A stretch of DNA of 62,567 bases, filler included, from Basidiobolus ranarum (GCA_040143965.1; 23 parts of 23 records of this genome joined end to end with filler, not necessarily neighbours in it); one strand, 5' to 3'; shown: positions 40,910-54,513, numbered from the whole stretch's first letter. The notes: generated from the letters alone by a model not told the origin. Numbers and translations are program-made.

Positions 40910-42046
40910 GTTTACATCTTGACAAAACTATAAATGTCAACTGTCTACTCAATAAATCAATAAGTGAAAACCACCAATTCCTCTAATTCTCCAAACCACT
41001 TCCAACAGGCTCCCAAATACTTTAACACTTTCAAGTTGTAAATGAAGGCTTTCCATAGCCTGTTGAAACACTTTCTGTATTTGCTTGGTCTAGATCCTAA
41101 TTTGCTCAAATGTTCATCCAGGATTCTGCCAAGTATATAATTTGAGGTCAAACTTTCAGTACTTGATTCTAGAGCTATTACCAGGCTTTGAAACCTGTGT
41201 GGCAAGCTATTCAGGACTATAACTATAATATCCTGACTAGTAGAAGGTATTTTGAAGCATTCCATTTCATCACTGAAATAGTGACTCTGTTAATTAGTGA
41301 ATAAAGTCTTGTTCAGGCATCATCTTTTGATTAAAGAACTATCTTCTTAGAAACATCTTATTGGCAGAAGAACATGTTTGGTAGATATCTTTCCAGGATT
41401 TCCATACTTTCTTAGCAGTTTTGGCTCTTAAACCTTGAATTAGCAATTTGTCTTTAAGATTAACACAAATTGTGTTAAAGGCACTTTGTTCTTTTTTAAC
41501 TTTAAGTAAAACTTGCAGTTTGGATAGTATTGCACTGTTTTCTTCCCCTACTACAGTTTGCAAAAGTCCTTTTTCTTGCAGTAATATTTTTATTCTAATT
41601 TCCAAGCTTTGTAATTGATTCCTTCCAATTTTTCAGAAGTGGGAAGAGAAATATGAAAAGTAGACATCCCAGAGTGTGCAAGCTTGGGGCTCAAAGCCTG
41701 TTAAAGTACTTGGGAAACTGTTGGAAGTGGTTTGCAGAAGTAGAGAAGTTGGTGATTTTTACTTGTTGATTTATTGAGTTAAATGTTGACAGTTATACCT
41801 GTGTCAAGATATAAGCAAACTAGCATGTGGAATGTTTTAAGAAAGGTCCCAGGAACATGTGGGCAGGCTTTGGAGCTTCTAGCACAAGTTTGAAAAATCC
41901 ATAAATCTGAGAACTTCTAAGTTTGGTAAAAATATTTTGAGTGTATTCTGATTGAAAATAATGGGTATATCTTAGTGAAACATAGGGTACCTAAATACTA
42001 AGCAATGTATGACTATATAGGTGTTTGGGCAATGCTAATTTCAGCA
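40910..42046 (-). mobile_element. Copia family A 5' end (LTR 41699-42046, PBS, gag), with an opposite-strand LTR-A end at 40910-41027
   Basis: SSANKMFLRR and LNSLPHRFQSLVIALE (UBN2-type gag); decayed PBS GGCTTTGAGCCCC. Confidence 0.88.
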
Positions 42047-42899
42047 GTTTCAACATGCTCCCTCAACTAAATAGTCATATAGATTAATCCTAAGGAAGGT
42101 CTAAATTTTTCCAACTTCTGCATGGAAAAACTAAATACCAAGCTATTAATGACTATATAGATGTCTAGGCTTTATTAAGTTCAACAGTATATACATCTTA
42201 AATCAGCAAACGCATATTTACCGTGGTAAAAACAGCATGTAATAATTAAGTTGCATAACAATGCTAGTTATCCATGACTAGCAATGTTCTAAAATTAAGA
42301 AGAAAGCAGTCGAATTCTTAAATATTTACACAAGGATAGATTGTGAACACATTAAAGTGGCGGATATGCAGGTAATTTGTGCAAATCAATATATTTAACA
42401 TCACACCAGGACTTGATAGAATTTATTGTGGCTTAGCTTGATATCCTGATAGATGCTCATATTTATTCGATAACTACTCATTCTACACAGATCGACAGCT
42501 ATCTCATAATAATTAAGGCAGGAGAGAGGGATTCTAGGAGGTTTACTTCCATCATTCTTGTGCATCAAAGTGAGAAAATGATTAATCGCAGTCATTCTAA
42601 TTTCTTTGACCAGTACAAAATATGGGACATTCATCCAGCTATCCAGCTATTCATCCGGACTTCAAGATGTAGTACAACATCAATTGGTTCCTAGCCCCTG
42701 CCCTCTCAATGACTATCTGGTAAGTGACATAATCAGTTAATACTCCGGTTTAATTGCTTTGATGGCTACAATGGATTAGATTTACCTAAGAATATAAACG
42801 AATCCTTCAATACAAGTCACTGTTGATTCCTTTACTCTCCTACTTTCACTTGTACTTTTATATACATATAACCTTGTCTTTTTTTGTTTCACTTCACTC

Positions 42900-43531
42900 A
42901 TGGCAACTGCTATTGGTAAAAATTTGGGAAAGTTCAAGCAGGTATTTACTGGGATATTCAGATACTTTAGGTTATGACTGTTTCTTTTTCTGACTGTTTA
43001 CGTGTGTTAGTGGACTGGTGAAAAACTTGGTAAAGCCAATAAAACCGAATGTAGTGACGAATTTCAAAGATTAGAACTAGAAACGGATCAACGTAAAGAT
43101 ACGTTTGAACGACTTTATAACGCTTCGGAGGTTTATCTCAGAACTCTAGGTAAAGGATTAGCCTCATTCTTCCTACCGTTCTACAACTAAAATAACTTCC
43201 TTTGGTTTTCTTTAGAAAAGAAGAAGAAAGGCCCGGAAGATAAAAATAAGATCTCTCCAATCTTAAGTTTGGCCTACTCCTTAGTAGCTCAAGGACAAAC
43301 TCTTCCCCATGATTCCCCTTATGGTAAGTCATTCTCGGTTTCTTCGTCCATTTTCTCAACCAAAGACTGACTTCAATCCCCTTAAAATGTCAACAGGCCA
43401 AGCCATGGTGAAATTTGGAGAGGCTCAAGAGCAGATTGCAAACAACCAACTTGATTATGTTCGTATTCATTTATTTATCGTTCAGATGTGGATACTTCTT
43501 GATATACTTATAGAATATTTGTTGTTCCTTC
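42900..43531 (+). CDS. N-BAR domain protein (endophilin/Mug137-like), first four exons
   Basis: Spliced MATAIGKNLGKFKQ|WTGEKLGKANKTECSDEFQRLELETDQRK...DSPYG|QAMVKFGEAQEQIA; GT-AG introns; absent from the ORF track. Confidence 0.85.
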
Positions 43532-43631
43532 NNNNNNNNNNNNNNNNNNNNNNNNNNNNNNNNNNNNNNNNNNNNTTAATTAATTAANNNNNNNNNNNNN
43601 NNNNNNNNNNNNNNNNNNNNNNNNNNNNNNN

Positions 43632-46252
43632 TTAAGGAGATCAAATTCTCAACAAAAGAATGCATATCATGCATTTTTTGGAGCTGTAAAATGTCCAACA
43701 GGCTTCAATAATGATGCCCCCTAATAGGAATTCTGTCATCTGCAAGTATAGCAAGAAACCAAGCAATTTGACCAAAGATTGCAGTATAAGGATGTTTACA
43801 ATAAGCAAAAATTAGAATAAGCAAAGCCAGTAACCATTGATAGGAATTGTCTATTTTTGTCTGCCCTTTCAGTAACCGCTAAAGTAGACTAGGAAATGTT
43901 GAACATTAATTCAGGAGCTTCCCACAATATGTCAAACAAGAAAGACTGGTTTTCTAGATTGAAACCCATCTAAATGAGGAAAGTCTACTTTGGTAAGGAC
44001 TATGCATTAGATGCAGTTGGTAAGGGCTCTGCTGTGTTGAAATTAGGTAAATGGCAATGCTTTATTTATTAATTAGTTTCTGCATATTCTGATTTTATAG
44101 CACTCAATTCTGTCATTCAAAGACATGTGCTTATTGCTCTAATTGAAAGAAATATCAATTAGATCACTTTTACCAATTTTCACCATTTTCTTAAAACTTC
44201 TCCAAATCACCTCAAATATTCACTCATGATTGATAGACATGTTTGTTATTATCTAAGCATGTCCAATAGTCCTATTTCATAGTAAACTATAAAAAGGACA
44301 TATTAAATTCCATAAAACTCAAGTGTCTAATTCACAAATCCAAATATTGTCCAAAACACTTCCAAATCCCCTAAATACTTTTATCAGGTTATGAGCCTGA
44401 GCTAACTGTTAAAGAAAAGCTTACCAGTACTATTACCAATGTGTTTGCATTCATAGAAAAGTTTGATGATGAAGACTTTCACCTTTGGAAGTTCAAAGTG
44501 CAAATGATGCAAGAAGACAAGGACCTTTGGAGATTTGTTACATGAGAAGACATGGAGCCAAAGGGACCACCAGAAGCTATCCTTGCCTTTCACAAGAAGC
44601 AGAGAAAAGCACTCACTACACTTTGTCTACATATCTGAAATTCTGAATTGAGGCACATACAATCAGCCAAAAACATCTAAAATCCTTGGGAAACACTTCA
44701 GGGACTATATGAGACTAAAAGTCTGGCTAATAGGCTATATCTTAGGCAAAGGTTATTCTCAATTCAGGTGAATCCTGATGATTCTGTGCTTAATCATATA
44801 AATTGGATAAAAACTATGGCTGATCAGATCTCATCTATTGGAGCACCTCTAAATGAAGATGACTTAGTCATGACACTACCTGGGAGCCTGCCAAATGAGT
44901 TTGGGAACCTCATAATTACCTTAGATTCAAGATCAGAGCCATCAACAATGGAATATGTTGGCAACAGGCTTTATAATGAAGCATTAAGGAGATCCAATTC
45001 TCACCAAAATAATGCAGAACAGGCATTTTTTGGAGCTGTGAAATGTCTAACAGGCTTCAATAAAGGTGCACTATTAGGAAATTAATCATCTGCAAGTATT
45101 GCAAGAAACCAGGCCACTTAATCAAGGATTGCAGAAAAGGGATTTTTTGCCAAAAAGCTAAAATCAGAACAAGCAAATCAAGTAAGCATTGATACAGATC
45201 ATCTATATGTGTCTGTCCTATCAGTAACCACTGAAGAAGACTCAGAAACATGGTATATTGATTTAGGAGCTTCACAGCATATGTCAATCAGGAGAGATTG
45301 GTTTTCCAGCTTAAAACCCATCCAAACAAGGAAAGTCTACTTAGGCAGTGACTATACACTCGATGCAGCTGGTAAGGACACAATTGTACTAAATTTCAGC
45401 TACACATCTGCAAATTTAGATAATGTACCCTATATACCAAATATAGCCAAGAATCTAATCTCAGTAAGCCAAGCAACAGCTCAAGGACTAAATTTTGTGT
45501 TTAGTAAGGCTGTATGCACTATCACCAATCAGGAAAATACCAAGTTAGCTACTGGGATCAAAACTCAAAACTTATACAGTCCTAAAATCAAAAAATTGCA
45601 TTCTGAGCTTGCAAACTTGGCCAAAACCGGTGAAAAAAGCTATCAAACATGGTATAGAAGGTTAGGCCACATTTGGGAGCAAAAACTGACCAAAATGATC
45701 CAAAATCAGCTTGTGTCAGGCTTAGAAATTGGAAATATCACTAAATTGGATATGTGTTAAGGTTGCATATATGGAAAACATCACAGACAGCCGTTTTCAA
45801 GCTCTGGGGTGATAAATCCACTCCAAACTTTGACCTGATTCATTCTGACCTATGTGAGCCCATGAAAAACTTCTCACCAGGTAGGAAAAGGTATTTTATG
45901 AACTTTTTTGATGACAAAGCAAGATGTGCTTAGGTATTCTTTCTCAAATCAAAATTTGAAGCCTTAGATATGTTCAAGCAGCATAAAGCAATGGTAGAGA
46001 AAGAATCAGCAAAAAAAAATAAGGGCACTAAGGAGTGATAATGGTGGGGAATTCTGCTCTACAGACTTTGCTAGTTTTTGCTCTAAACATGGAATTAGGC
46101 AACAAACTAGTGTACCTTATACTTCACAACAAAATGGATTTCCAGAACATGCCAATAGGACCACATTGGAGATGGCAAGATCAATATTACATGATCAAAA
46201 GTTAGATTACCAATATTGGGCTGAATCTGTGTCCACATCAGTCTATATCAAA
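43632..46252 (+). mobile_element. Copia family B element (5' LTR 44035-44386, PBS, gag, protease, integrase) inserted into an older family-B copy (43632-44034)
   Basis: PBS GGTTATGAGCC; FHLWKFKVQM; CKYCKKPGH..KDC; WYIDLGASQHM; LRSDNGGEF; PYTSQQNG; 43632-44034 is homologous to ~44983-45390. Confidence 0.93.
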
Positions 46253-47239
46253 NNNNNNNNNNNNNNNNNNNNNNNNNNNNNNNNNNNNNNNNNNNNTTAA
46301 TTAATTAANNNNNNNNNNNNNNNNNNNNNNNNNNNNNNNNNNNNNNNNNNNNGTTCAGAGATATCAAAAAGGAAAAGATACCTAAGAAGAACCTTACTTA
46401 CATTAAAGATCCGCTTACCATAAACTAGTCTTCGCATCCATGAGTAGTTTGCAAATGGCGCGGACCGAGAATAACTTCTGAATTATAATATATCTCGTCG
46501 GATATCCCTCAGGACGTCTTCATGGGCCTGATATTTCGCTTTTTCAGTACACTTCTTTGGAAAGAATACTTTCCGCAAATCGTAACATATATCTCTCTTT
46601 ATAAAATCCCCTGGTCAGTGGGCGTTCTCCTTTCCATAATTCAATTAATAGATTCTAGCAGGGAAAGCACTTGCTTAATCTCAGCCTTTATCTTCACCTC
46701 AAAATGTATCAAAAAATTATTCGGCTTCGGCTAAAATGTTTAATCCATATCCGAGAAGTATGATTGATGAGCAAACCGCACTATCCTCAATAGCATCAGA
46801 GCCTACCCAAGTGACATGAGTAGTTAACTTTTACACCAAGAAACCAACTACCATGTAAGATGTCTTTCACACCATTTATGGACGTGTAGCGACAGGGCCT
46901 CAAAAATCAACTCGCTCTTGATACTAATTGAATATTCGCGATATATATCCGTATCCCAGATTGCTGAGCCGCAAGCTCATTTATGTTCGAATATAGTCCC
47001 AAAGGCTTTTGACAATAGTGCGTGGTTTCTTTGTTTTGATATCAGCAAATAAGGTTAGTATGGATAGTAATCGGAACTGGGGTTAGTGTGAGTCTGCGAG
47101 ATGTCTATTTAGTGATCAGAAGTAATATATCAGAGAAAAAATTGGAATTGTGATTTGAATGTGTAAGGGAGTCAGGTGAGTCATCACAAAGTTTATTTGT
47201 GTTAAAGTTTGTTATCTCTATCATATTTGTTATCCCTAC

Positions 47240-48125
47240 CTTAATACTATAGCTTAATATCGGAATTTACCTAGAAGTTTGAAAATACTGAGATTTTGAA
47301 AACTTGACCTAGAGGCCGCAAACTTTGCACACATGTTACTGGGACCTTCCTTAACATATTCAGCGCAATTGGTTGAATACCCCTTGACAAAACTATATAA
47401 ATAAATCAATAAGTGAAAAGCACCAATTCTTCTAATTCTCCAAGCCACTTCCAAAAGCACCAAAGATTCTTGAACATATACACCCATGTATTTCATACAT
47501 CTAGTCAATCATCACTCAGTTCAAAATTGGGGCATATAATTAGGATACATGTGGATTATATATAACCAACCAATTTTGGGAGCTGTAGAAGTGATTTGGA
47601 ATACTCAAAGAATTGGTGCTTTTCACTTAGTGATTTATTCAGTGTAAGTTGACATTTATGCTTTTGTTAAGAAGTAGGCAAGCCAGAGTGTAGAATATGC
47701 TCAGGATGGTCCTGTTGAAGTATGTTAGGAGCCTGTTAGCAGTGGTTTGGAGAACTAGAGAAATTTTCTAGCACAAGTTTGAAAGAATCTATATATCTTG
47801 GAGTTTCTAAGTTGGCAGAAAGATTCCGAGTAAATTCCGATTGAGAATAATGAGTGATATCTTAGTGAAATATGAAATAACTAAATACTAAGCTATATAT
47901 GACTATATAGATGTTTGGGCTATACTTATTTGAACAGGTTCCAGGAACATTTGATCAAAGTGTGAGGTATTTTGGACAAGTTTGAGAAAACCATAGAATA
48001 TTTTTGCCAACTTTAAAGTTCTGAGATAATAAGTATATTCTAACTGAAGATATGGAATAACCTAGAGAAATTTAGATAGCTAGCTATATAGCTATATTGA
48101 TGCTTAAGCTATGTTTATTGAACAA
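47240..48125. repeat. Cluster of nested, decayed LTR-A-like fragments in both orientations
   Basis: Blocks such as AAACTTTGCACACATGTT and GATATCTTAGTGAAATAT match LTR A. Confidence 0.75.
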
Positions 48126-48363
48126 CTATAACCAAGGGTTGAATGCTCCAGGTTTTTCCCTGCTGAGTGTCTCTGAATGATGGTAATATTTTGCTATGGG
48201 TTAGTGGGAGAAATTAAATATCATCAGCAAAAAAGTTAGACATATATAGGAAAGTTAAGGAAAGTAGTTTCAGAATACCACAAGGAGTAAGGGTCTTAGA
48301 ACAGAATCTTAAATAACACAATTGGGTACTGGATACAGAGATGTAGCTAACTGTAAACCATTC

Positions 48364-48436
48364 AGCTGGAGTGCCAAGTTGTATGAATTTTACGTTTGAG
48401 TCATGGAGGTCCCGGGTTCTATTCCTGGTTGAGCCC
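48364..48436 (+). pseudogene. Degenerate tRNA-Pro(TGG)-like sequence
   Basis: GTATGA..TTTGAGT..GAGGTCCCGGGTTCTATTCCTGGTTGAGCCC resembles the tRNA-Pro 3' half, followed by a T-run; 5' acceptor strand and anticodon arm are decayed. Confidence 0.6.
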
Positions 48437-49102
48437 TCGCTTTTTGCTCATAATATCATATTTTTAATATCATAGCATTCAAAACAATAATCAATATCGG
48501 TAACAGTAGAGAGAATACCAGGAAACGTGCAACAGGAACCCCCGGACAGGGTGAACTATTAACGAAGTAAACCTTTCATTCTCCGATTGGGTTTTATTTG
48601 TATACAAAAATGTACAACGATTCATGACAATTTGGTGATATTCTCGTCAATGCATTCCAAAGTTAACTAAAACTTATTCTCATTCAAATGTGATTGTTAT
48701 TCTTAATCAAAAGTAGTCAATTTTATATAGATACAATATATAAAGGATATAAATCTGATAGCTTACAGAACATGTGGACTTATAGCCATAATATAACAAT
48801 TCATTATAATTTGGGGATATTTTCGCCAATACCTCCCAAGTTGATCAAAATCTACTCTTTGATTTAAATGTGATTTTGCTCTCTCAATCAAAAGTGTTCT
48901 ATTTTAGGTAGATAGGCCGTCACTTTAAGATAAGTTTTCTGATTGTGTTGAAACGTAATATTTATTATTGATANNNNNNNNNNNNNNNNNNNNNNNNNNN
49001 NNNNNNNNNNNNNNNNNTTAATTAATTAANNNNNNNNNNNNNNNNNNNNNNNNNNNNNNNNNNNNNNNNNNNNATTGAGCAACAAAATATGTTTTATGTT
49101 GC

Positions 49103-49432
49103 TGGTGAAATTAGGATTTCCAAAAAACCTATATAGTAAAATTTATGGTAGTATTTTTTTTTACTATATTTAACTAAGATGTCTCCCGTTATTTGTTAAC
49201 GGAATTTACTTAGAAGTTTGAAGATATATAGATTTTGATAACTTATGCTAGAAGCTCCAAACTTTGCACACATGTTCCTGGGACCTTCCTTAACACATTC
49301 TACACGTTAATTTGTTTACATCTTGACAAAATTATAAATGTCAACTGAATACACAATAAATCAATAAGAGAAAACCTCTAATTTCTCTAATTCTCCAAAC
49401 CACTTCCAACAGGCTCCCAAAATACTTTAACA
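49103..49432 (+). repeat. Solo LTR family A, probable TSD GTTGC/GTTAC
   Basis: Matches LTR A; flanks differ by one transition. Confidence 0.8.
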
Positions 49433-50568
49433 GTTACTAGCATATATTATTCGCACTTAATAGTGTTCCCAAATCAATAAGACTATATCCATATAGGACA
49501 CATCTCGTTAAGGTAAAACAAAGAAAATCTTCAAACCAACCTAGACTTTCCCATATTTCACTTTCCCTAATTTTTTAAGATTATACAAGCACTCCCTTGC
49601 TATTATTTATTTCAATACTGAAATAAAGGTATATCTTGTTGAAATATAAGAGTTCAGCACCGAACTACTCTTACAAAAGTCAGCTCATACATTTTTGGAT
49701 ATATTTGACAAATGTCAGAAATGTTCAAAGAGATAGAAATTTTTCAAACTCATCCAAAACTCCCCAAAGACCTTAACTTCTTGAACACCCTAGAAACGTA
49801 TTTCTATTGTTATTTTTTTCATTTTGAACTTGAGTATAAATTCTTATTTTCAATTCAATATAACAACAAGTGCAAATCACATATTTCTTCTAGTTACCCT
49901 TGACACTTCCAATTCATCTCAAATACTCAAATTATATCTTGGGCCAAATCCGATAAAGCAGCAAGTGAAATCTGATAATTAGCCTAAGCTTTGTCTATTC
50001 ACCCCAACCATACGCAACAGTAAGAGCCCAAGTTTGTAGAATTTTCGGATGGATTGGAGAAATAGTGAAATATTTCTAATAAATCCTGTAGAGAGATAGA
50101 GAAAACTCTTGCATAATACTAGAAAAGTGAATTGATATGTTTCAGCATTACATCCAAAAGTTGCTATAAAACTGACTGCTGGTATCTCTTCTAATTAGCT
50201 AAAGCCAGGACCATTATATATCTGATGTCAATTGTAAGCTTGAGGAATCCAACCACGGAGCCAACACAAAGTCTATTTTCAAACCTTATATACACCAATC
50301 ATGCCTCTTTTAACTTGAAGAATACCACTAGCATATATATATATACGATTAAATGAGACAGCAATTTTAAAGAATTCCATGATGGTCATTAGCCAAGTAT
50401 CGAAATGAAATCATCAAAGTATTTATTTCTTGTTATATCTCCATGTACATAAACACAAACATTTATATAGTGGGCGAAAAGCGAAGGGGATGGCATCTAT
50501 GATGCACACGTTATAGTAAACAAAGTGTATTCTACAAGAATACGTTCAGGGCAGGATAGAAGCAGAAT

Positions 50569-50829
50569 TTAGCTCTCTTGTTGGCTATTTCTTCTGGAGA
50601 GTTGACCAGATTGACTCTTGTGAGAGTAGTTAGCACCATAGTGGCGATTCCACTTGTGCTCGGCATATGGATCAGGCTTGCCGTCATTGGAAAGGACAGA
50701 GAAGAATTGGTATGAGCCAAGACTAGGGCGACGATTGGTAGTTTGGTTATTTTGATTTTGAGAGAAGTATAAACCAGCTCCGAGGGCAGCAGCACCAGTA
50801 GCAGCAGCGGCAGTAGTAGTGGAGAACAT
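50569..50829 (-). CDS. Unknown 86-aa protein with N-terminal hydrophobic stretch
   Basis: ATG in gene-like context, TATATAAG about 90 bp upstream, biased codons, RRPS and RRNS motifs. Confidence 0.7.
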   Translation of the reverse strand: MFSTTTAAAATGAAALGAGLYFSQNQNNQTTNRRPSLGSYQFFSVLSNDGKPDPYAEHKWNRHYGANYSHKSQSGQLSRRNSQQES

Positions 50830-51793
50830 GATGTACAGATTTAGTTTGAAGGGAAAGTGATGTGGAGTGGAATAGAGCAGAAAGATGTTTTTATCAACTG
50901 AGGAGGGCCATCGTGCTGCTTATATATGTTTTTACCTTGGATTGAATACATGCATTTCTCAATACGTAAAGGTTATAATTAATCGACGAAATGCCTTTCC
51001 AACCAACATGCAAGTCATCTGCCCGTGACTTAGTTTTCAGAAGGACTGCAAGGTTTCAATTTGTTACGAACACCAGTGACGATTGGTGCTTGTAGGTCAC
51101 GGGTGAAGGTTTAATAAGAATGACCACTGATGGGCCCTTGACAATTAGATCCGGCGGTCCAAGTTGATTTCTCAGCATCCAGCTTTTGAAACTCCAGTAT
51201 TCACCACCAAATCTTTGGCCCATATCAGTGCCCTGTGGCGCACCCAATTAATAATCCATATGCGTGTTTGGGATGATTTAAGCTGACTTTTACATAAGTT
51301 CCTTCAGAATCATTGGTGTTATCTAATCAGGGATGTTTATCCGGGCATGGTGAGTATTTCCCTATCTACTCTAGCGAGCTATCTTGGTCTCAGCTTTGAT
51401 ATCAGACATAAGCTTCACACTTGAGATAAGTCTGTAGTGCATTGCAATGATAGGAGACGGGGAGCAGAATCACGACATCCAGTCAAGCGGACAATAATGA
51501 AATGTTTGTCTTGCACTCAGTGTGTGTATCTTAGCCTAAGCCACACTTATCAAAACAGGCCCCAATGTATTTAGAGGCTGGAGAAACCGATATTTGAAAT
51601 GCTAGTAATTCAGGGCTCTTCTATACATTCACAGAATCATCAAGGGACACAGATCCAAATATCACACTGTCGCACAGATTATTGGAAAAGCAGNNNNNNN
51701 NNNNNNNNNNNNNNNNNNNNNNNNNNNNNNNNNNNNNTTAATTAATTAANNNNNNNNNNNNNNNNNNNNNNNNNNNNNNNNNNNNNNNNNNNN

Positions 51794-53523
51794 CAATAAA
51801 ACTTGGGTTTTAAGTCCTCTTCCTTCAGGGAGAAAGCCCATAGGTCGCAAATGGGTCTACAAAGTCAAAACCAAGCTGATGGAACCATAGAAAGGTACAA
51901 AGCAAGATTAGTTGCAACAGGCTATTCCCAGACTCCAGGAGTTGCTTTTGATGAAACATTTGCTCCAGTAGCTACATTTAGCTCCATTAGATCAATTCTG
52001 GCACTCTCAGCTGTCCATAACCTTGATCTACATCAATTGGATGTAAAAACAGCCTTTCTGAATGCAAATCTAAAAGAAGAGATCTATGCGGAGCAACTAG
52101 ATGGATTTGTTGACCCAAAACATCCTGATTTGGTCTGTAAACTTCAAAATTTGCTATATGGACTCAAGCAAACACCAAGGGCATGGTACAACAAGATAGA
52201 TACCTATTCGCAATATCTGGAATTCCAAAAATGCACAGCAAGTCACAGTATTTACATCAAAACAACCTGAAATAGGATCCTTACCTTGGCTCTATATGTG
52301 GATGACTTAATTGTAGCCACAAATGATCTAACAGCCCTTAATCAGGTTAGATTTATCCTAGACATCCTAAAATGCTTCAACATGGAGAATAGCAAGCCAG
52401 TATCAAAACTGATGGATCCCAATGTGAAATTAATTAAAATTTCATCTGATTTGGCCAAAAATGACTCAAATCAAAGCCAGGAGTTCCCTTAGCAATCCAT
52501 GGTTGGTAGCTTAATGTTTACAATGGTTGAAACACGTCCAGACATTGCTGTGGCAGTGGTAACTGTCAGCCAATATCTCAAAAATCCATGATCTGAGCAC
52601 AAAACTGCAGTAAAACAAATATTCAGGTATTTGAGATGAACTGTAGATCTAGTTCTGGAATACTCTGCCACTCCTGGTGCACATATTTCTGAAGGCCAAG
52701 TAATGCAGACTGGGAAAGAAGCCTTGATGATAGAAGATCAACTACTGGATACACTTTTCTCAATGGTAATGGAGCAATAACTTGGACTTGTAAGAAGCAA
52801 CCAACTGTAGCACTTTCTACTACAGAAGCAGATAATATGGCTGCCACTGTTACTACACAAGAAGCTATGTGGTTAAGGACGTTATTTACAGACTTAGGAT
52901 ACCTGCAAAAGCATGCTATTACTGTATTTGAAGATAATCAAAGTTGTAATTCATTACCTAAAAATCCTGCATTTCATGCTAGAACAAAACATATAGATAT
53001 TAGGCATCATTTTGTTAGAGAAACAAAACCAAATGCTATAATTGAACTTTTTTGTTGCCCTACTGAAGAAATGATAGCTGATATCTCAACCAAAGCTTTA
53101 ACTAAAGCACAATTTGAATTATTAAGATATAAGTTAGGTTTAAGAAAAATACAAAAGAATTAGTTGATTGAGAATGTTGAAATTAGATAAATAGCAACTT
53201 ATTATTTAGTAGTTAGTTTATTCATATTCTGATTATTTAGCACTCAATTCTGTCATTCAAAAATGTCTTTATTGCTCTAATTGATAGAAATATCATTTAG
53301 ATCATTTTAACAATTTTCACTATTTTCTCAAAACTTCTCCAAATCACCTCCAATTTTGACCCATACTTAACAGGCATGTTTGTTATGATATAAGCATGTC
53401 CAATAGTCCTATTTCATAGTAAACTCTAAATAGGACATATTCAATTCAACAAAATTCAAATGTCTAATTCACATATCCAAATCCTGTCCAAAACACTTCC
53501 AAATCCCCTAAACACTTTTATCA
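51794..53523 (+). mobile_element. Copia family B 3' half: RT, RNase H, 3' LTR 53175-53523
   Basis: [53 protein letters not shown]; several frameshifts and a deletion near 52345. Confidence 0.95.
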
Positions 53524-54413
53524 ATTCTAGCCTAATTGCCATTTGCTTGCAAAAACCCAGGATAAGTCACATGAAATAAGTCAAAAACCTCCAGAGTCAT
53601 GCCTGGTTTTTGGTTATTCCACCATTGACTCAAATCCAGGTGATTTTGGGCAAGATTCCGCAGAGTTTCCAAAAGCTAAACTACTCATCATCAGAGTGAG
53701 TGATGGCAGCTCTGATATTGTGAGTCTTTTGGTTTGCCAGTTTTCCTAAGAGATTTCTACTTTCATGTACCAAAGCAATTTTGGGTTGTTGTGCAGGCTT
53801 AATGATCCAACACATATTCTGCTTGGCTAGATTGCAACGGTGACGTTCACAGCTAGGGTGTGGGATTGATTGAAATCCTGTATGAGAATGGACAGAGGGA
53901 GCAGCATGTTGCTGTTGCTCAAGTACAGCATTCTAAACATCTTGTATCATTGTTGAGTGACTCTCTAACTGTTGACTAGTTGCTTCTGAATGCTGAATTT
54001 ATTGCAATATTGCAGCGTTATTGCTTGTCATGGCCTTATAGTAACTTCATAGTTTTTACTTATGATTGCATATAAATTGTTATGGTGTTCTGCCTGTGAT
54101 TCCCTTGTTGTTATAATTCTAACCAAATTTTCTATGGAGGGTTGTTCAATAGTGGGCAAAGTAGCCATTTTTGAAGTTGATGGTCTTGACAGTGTTTTGG
54201 TTGAACTTTGCTCAACTATTGATTTACTATATAATTGGGGGATTACAATCTCTTCACTTGCACTATCACCAGAAAGGAACACATGTGGTAAATTGATTAA
54301 TACTTCATCATTACTTGAGTTAGTTTCTGGCATGTTAATGCCTTCCAAAGTGGATAGTGGATTGCTAGACTGCTCATCAATTAAGTCCTCTGTTCTTGCT
54401 GGTTTTTTTCCTT
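53524..54413 (-). pseudogene. CACTA accessory ORF2, longest visible stretch
   Basis: Homologous to 4046-4455 and 5467-6129, and extends further 3'. Confidence 0.75.
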
Positions 54414-54513
54414 NNNNNNNNNNNNNNNNNNNNNNNNNNNNNNNNNNNNNNNNNNNNTTAATTAATTAANNNNNNNNNNNNNNNNNNNNNNNNNNNNNNN
54501 NNNNNNNNNNNNN

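Noticed and set aside
46353..46820. Possible decayed gene on the - strand
   Set aside because: Stops in all frames; no family recognised.
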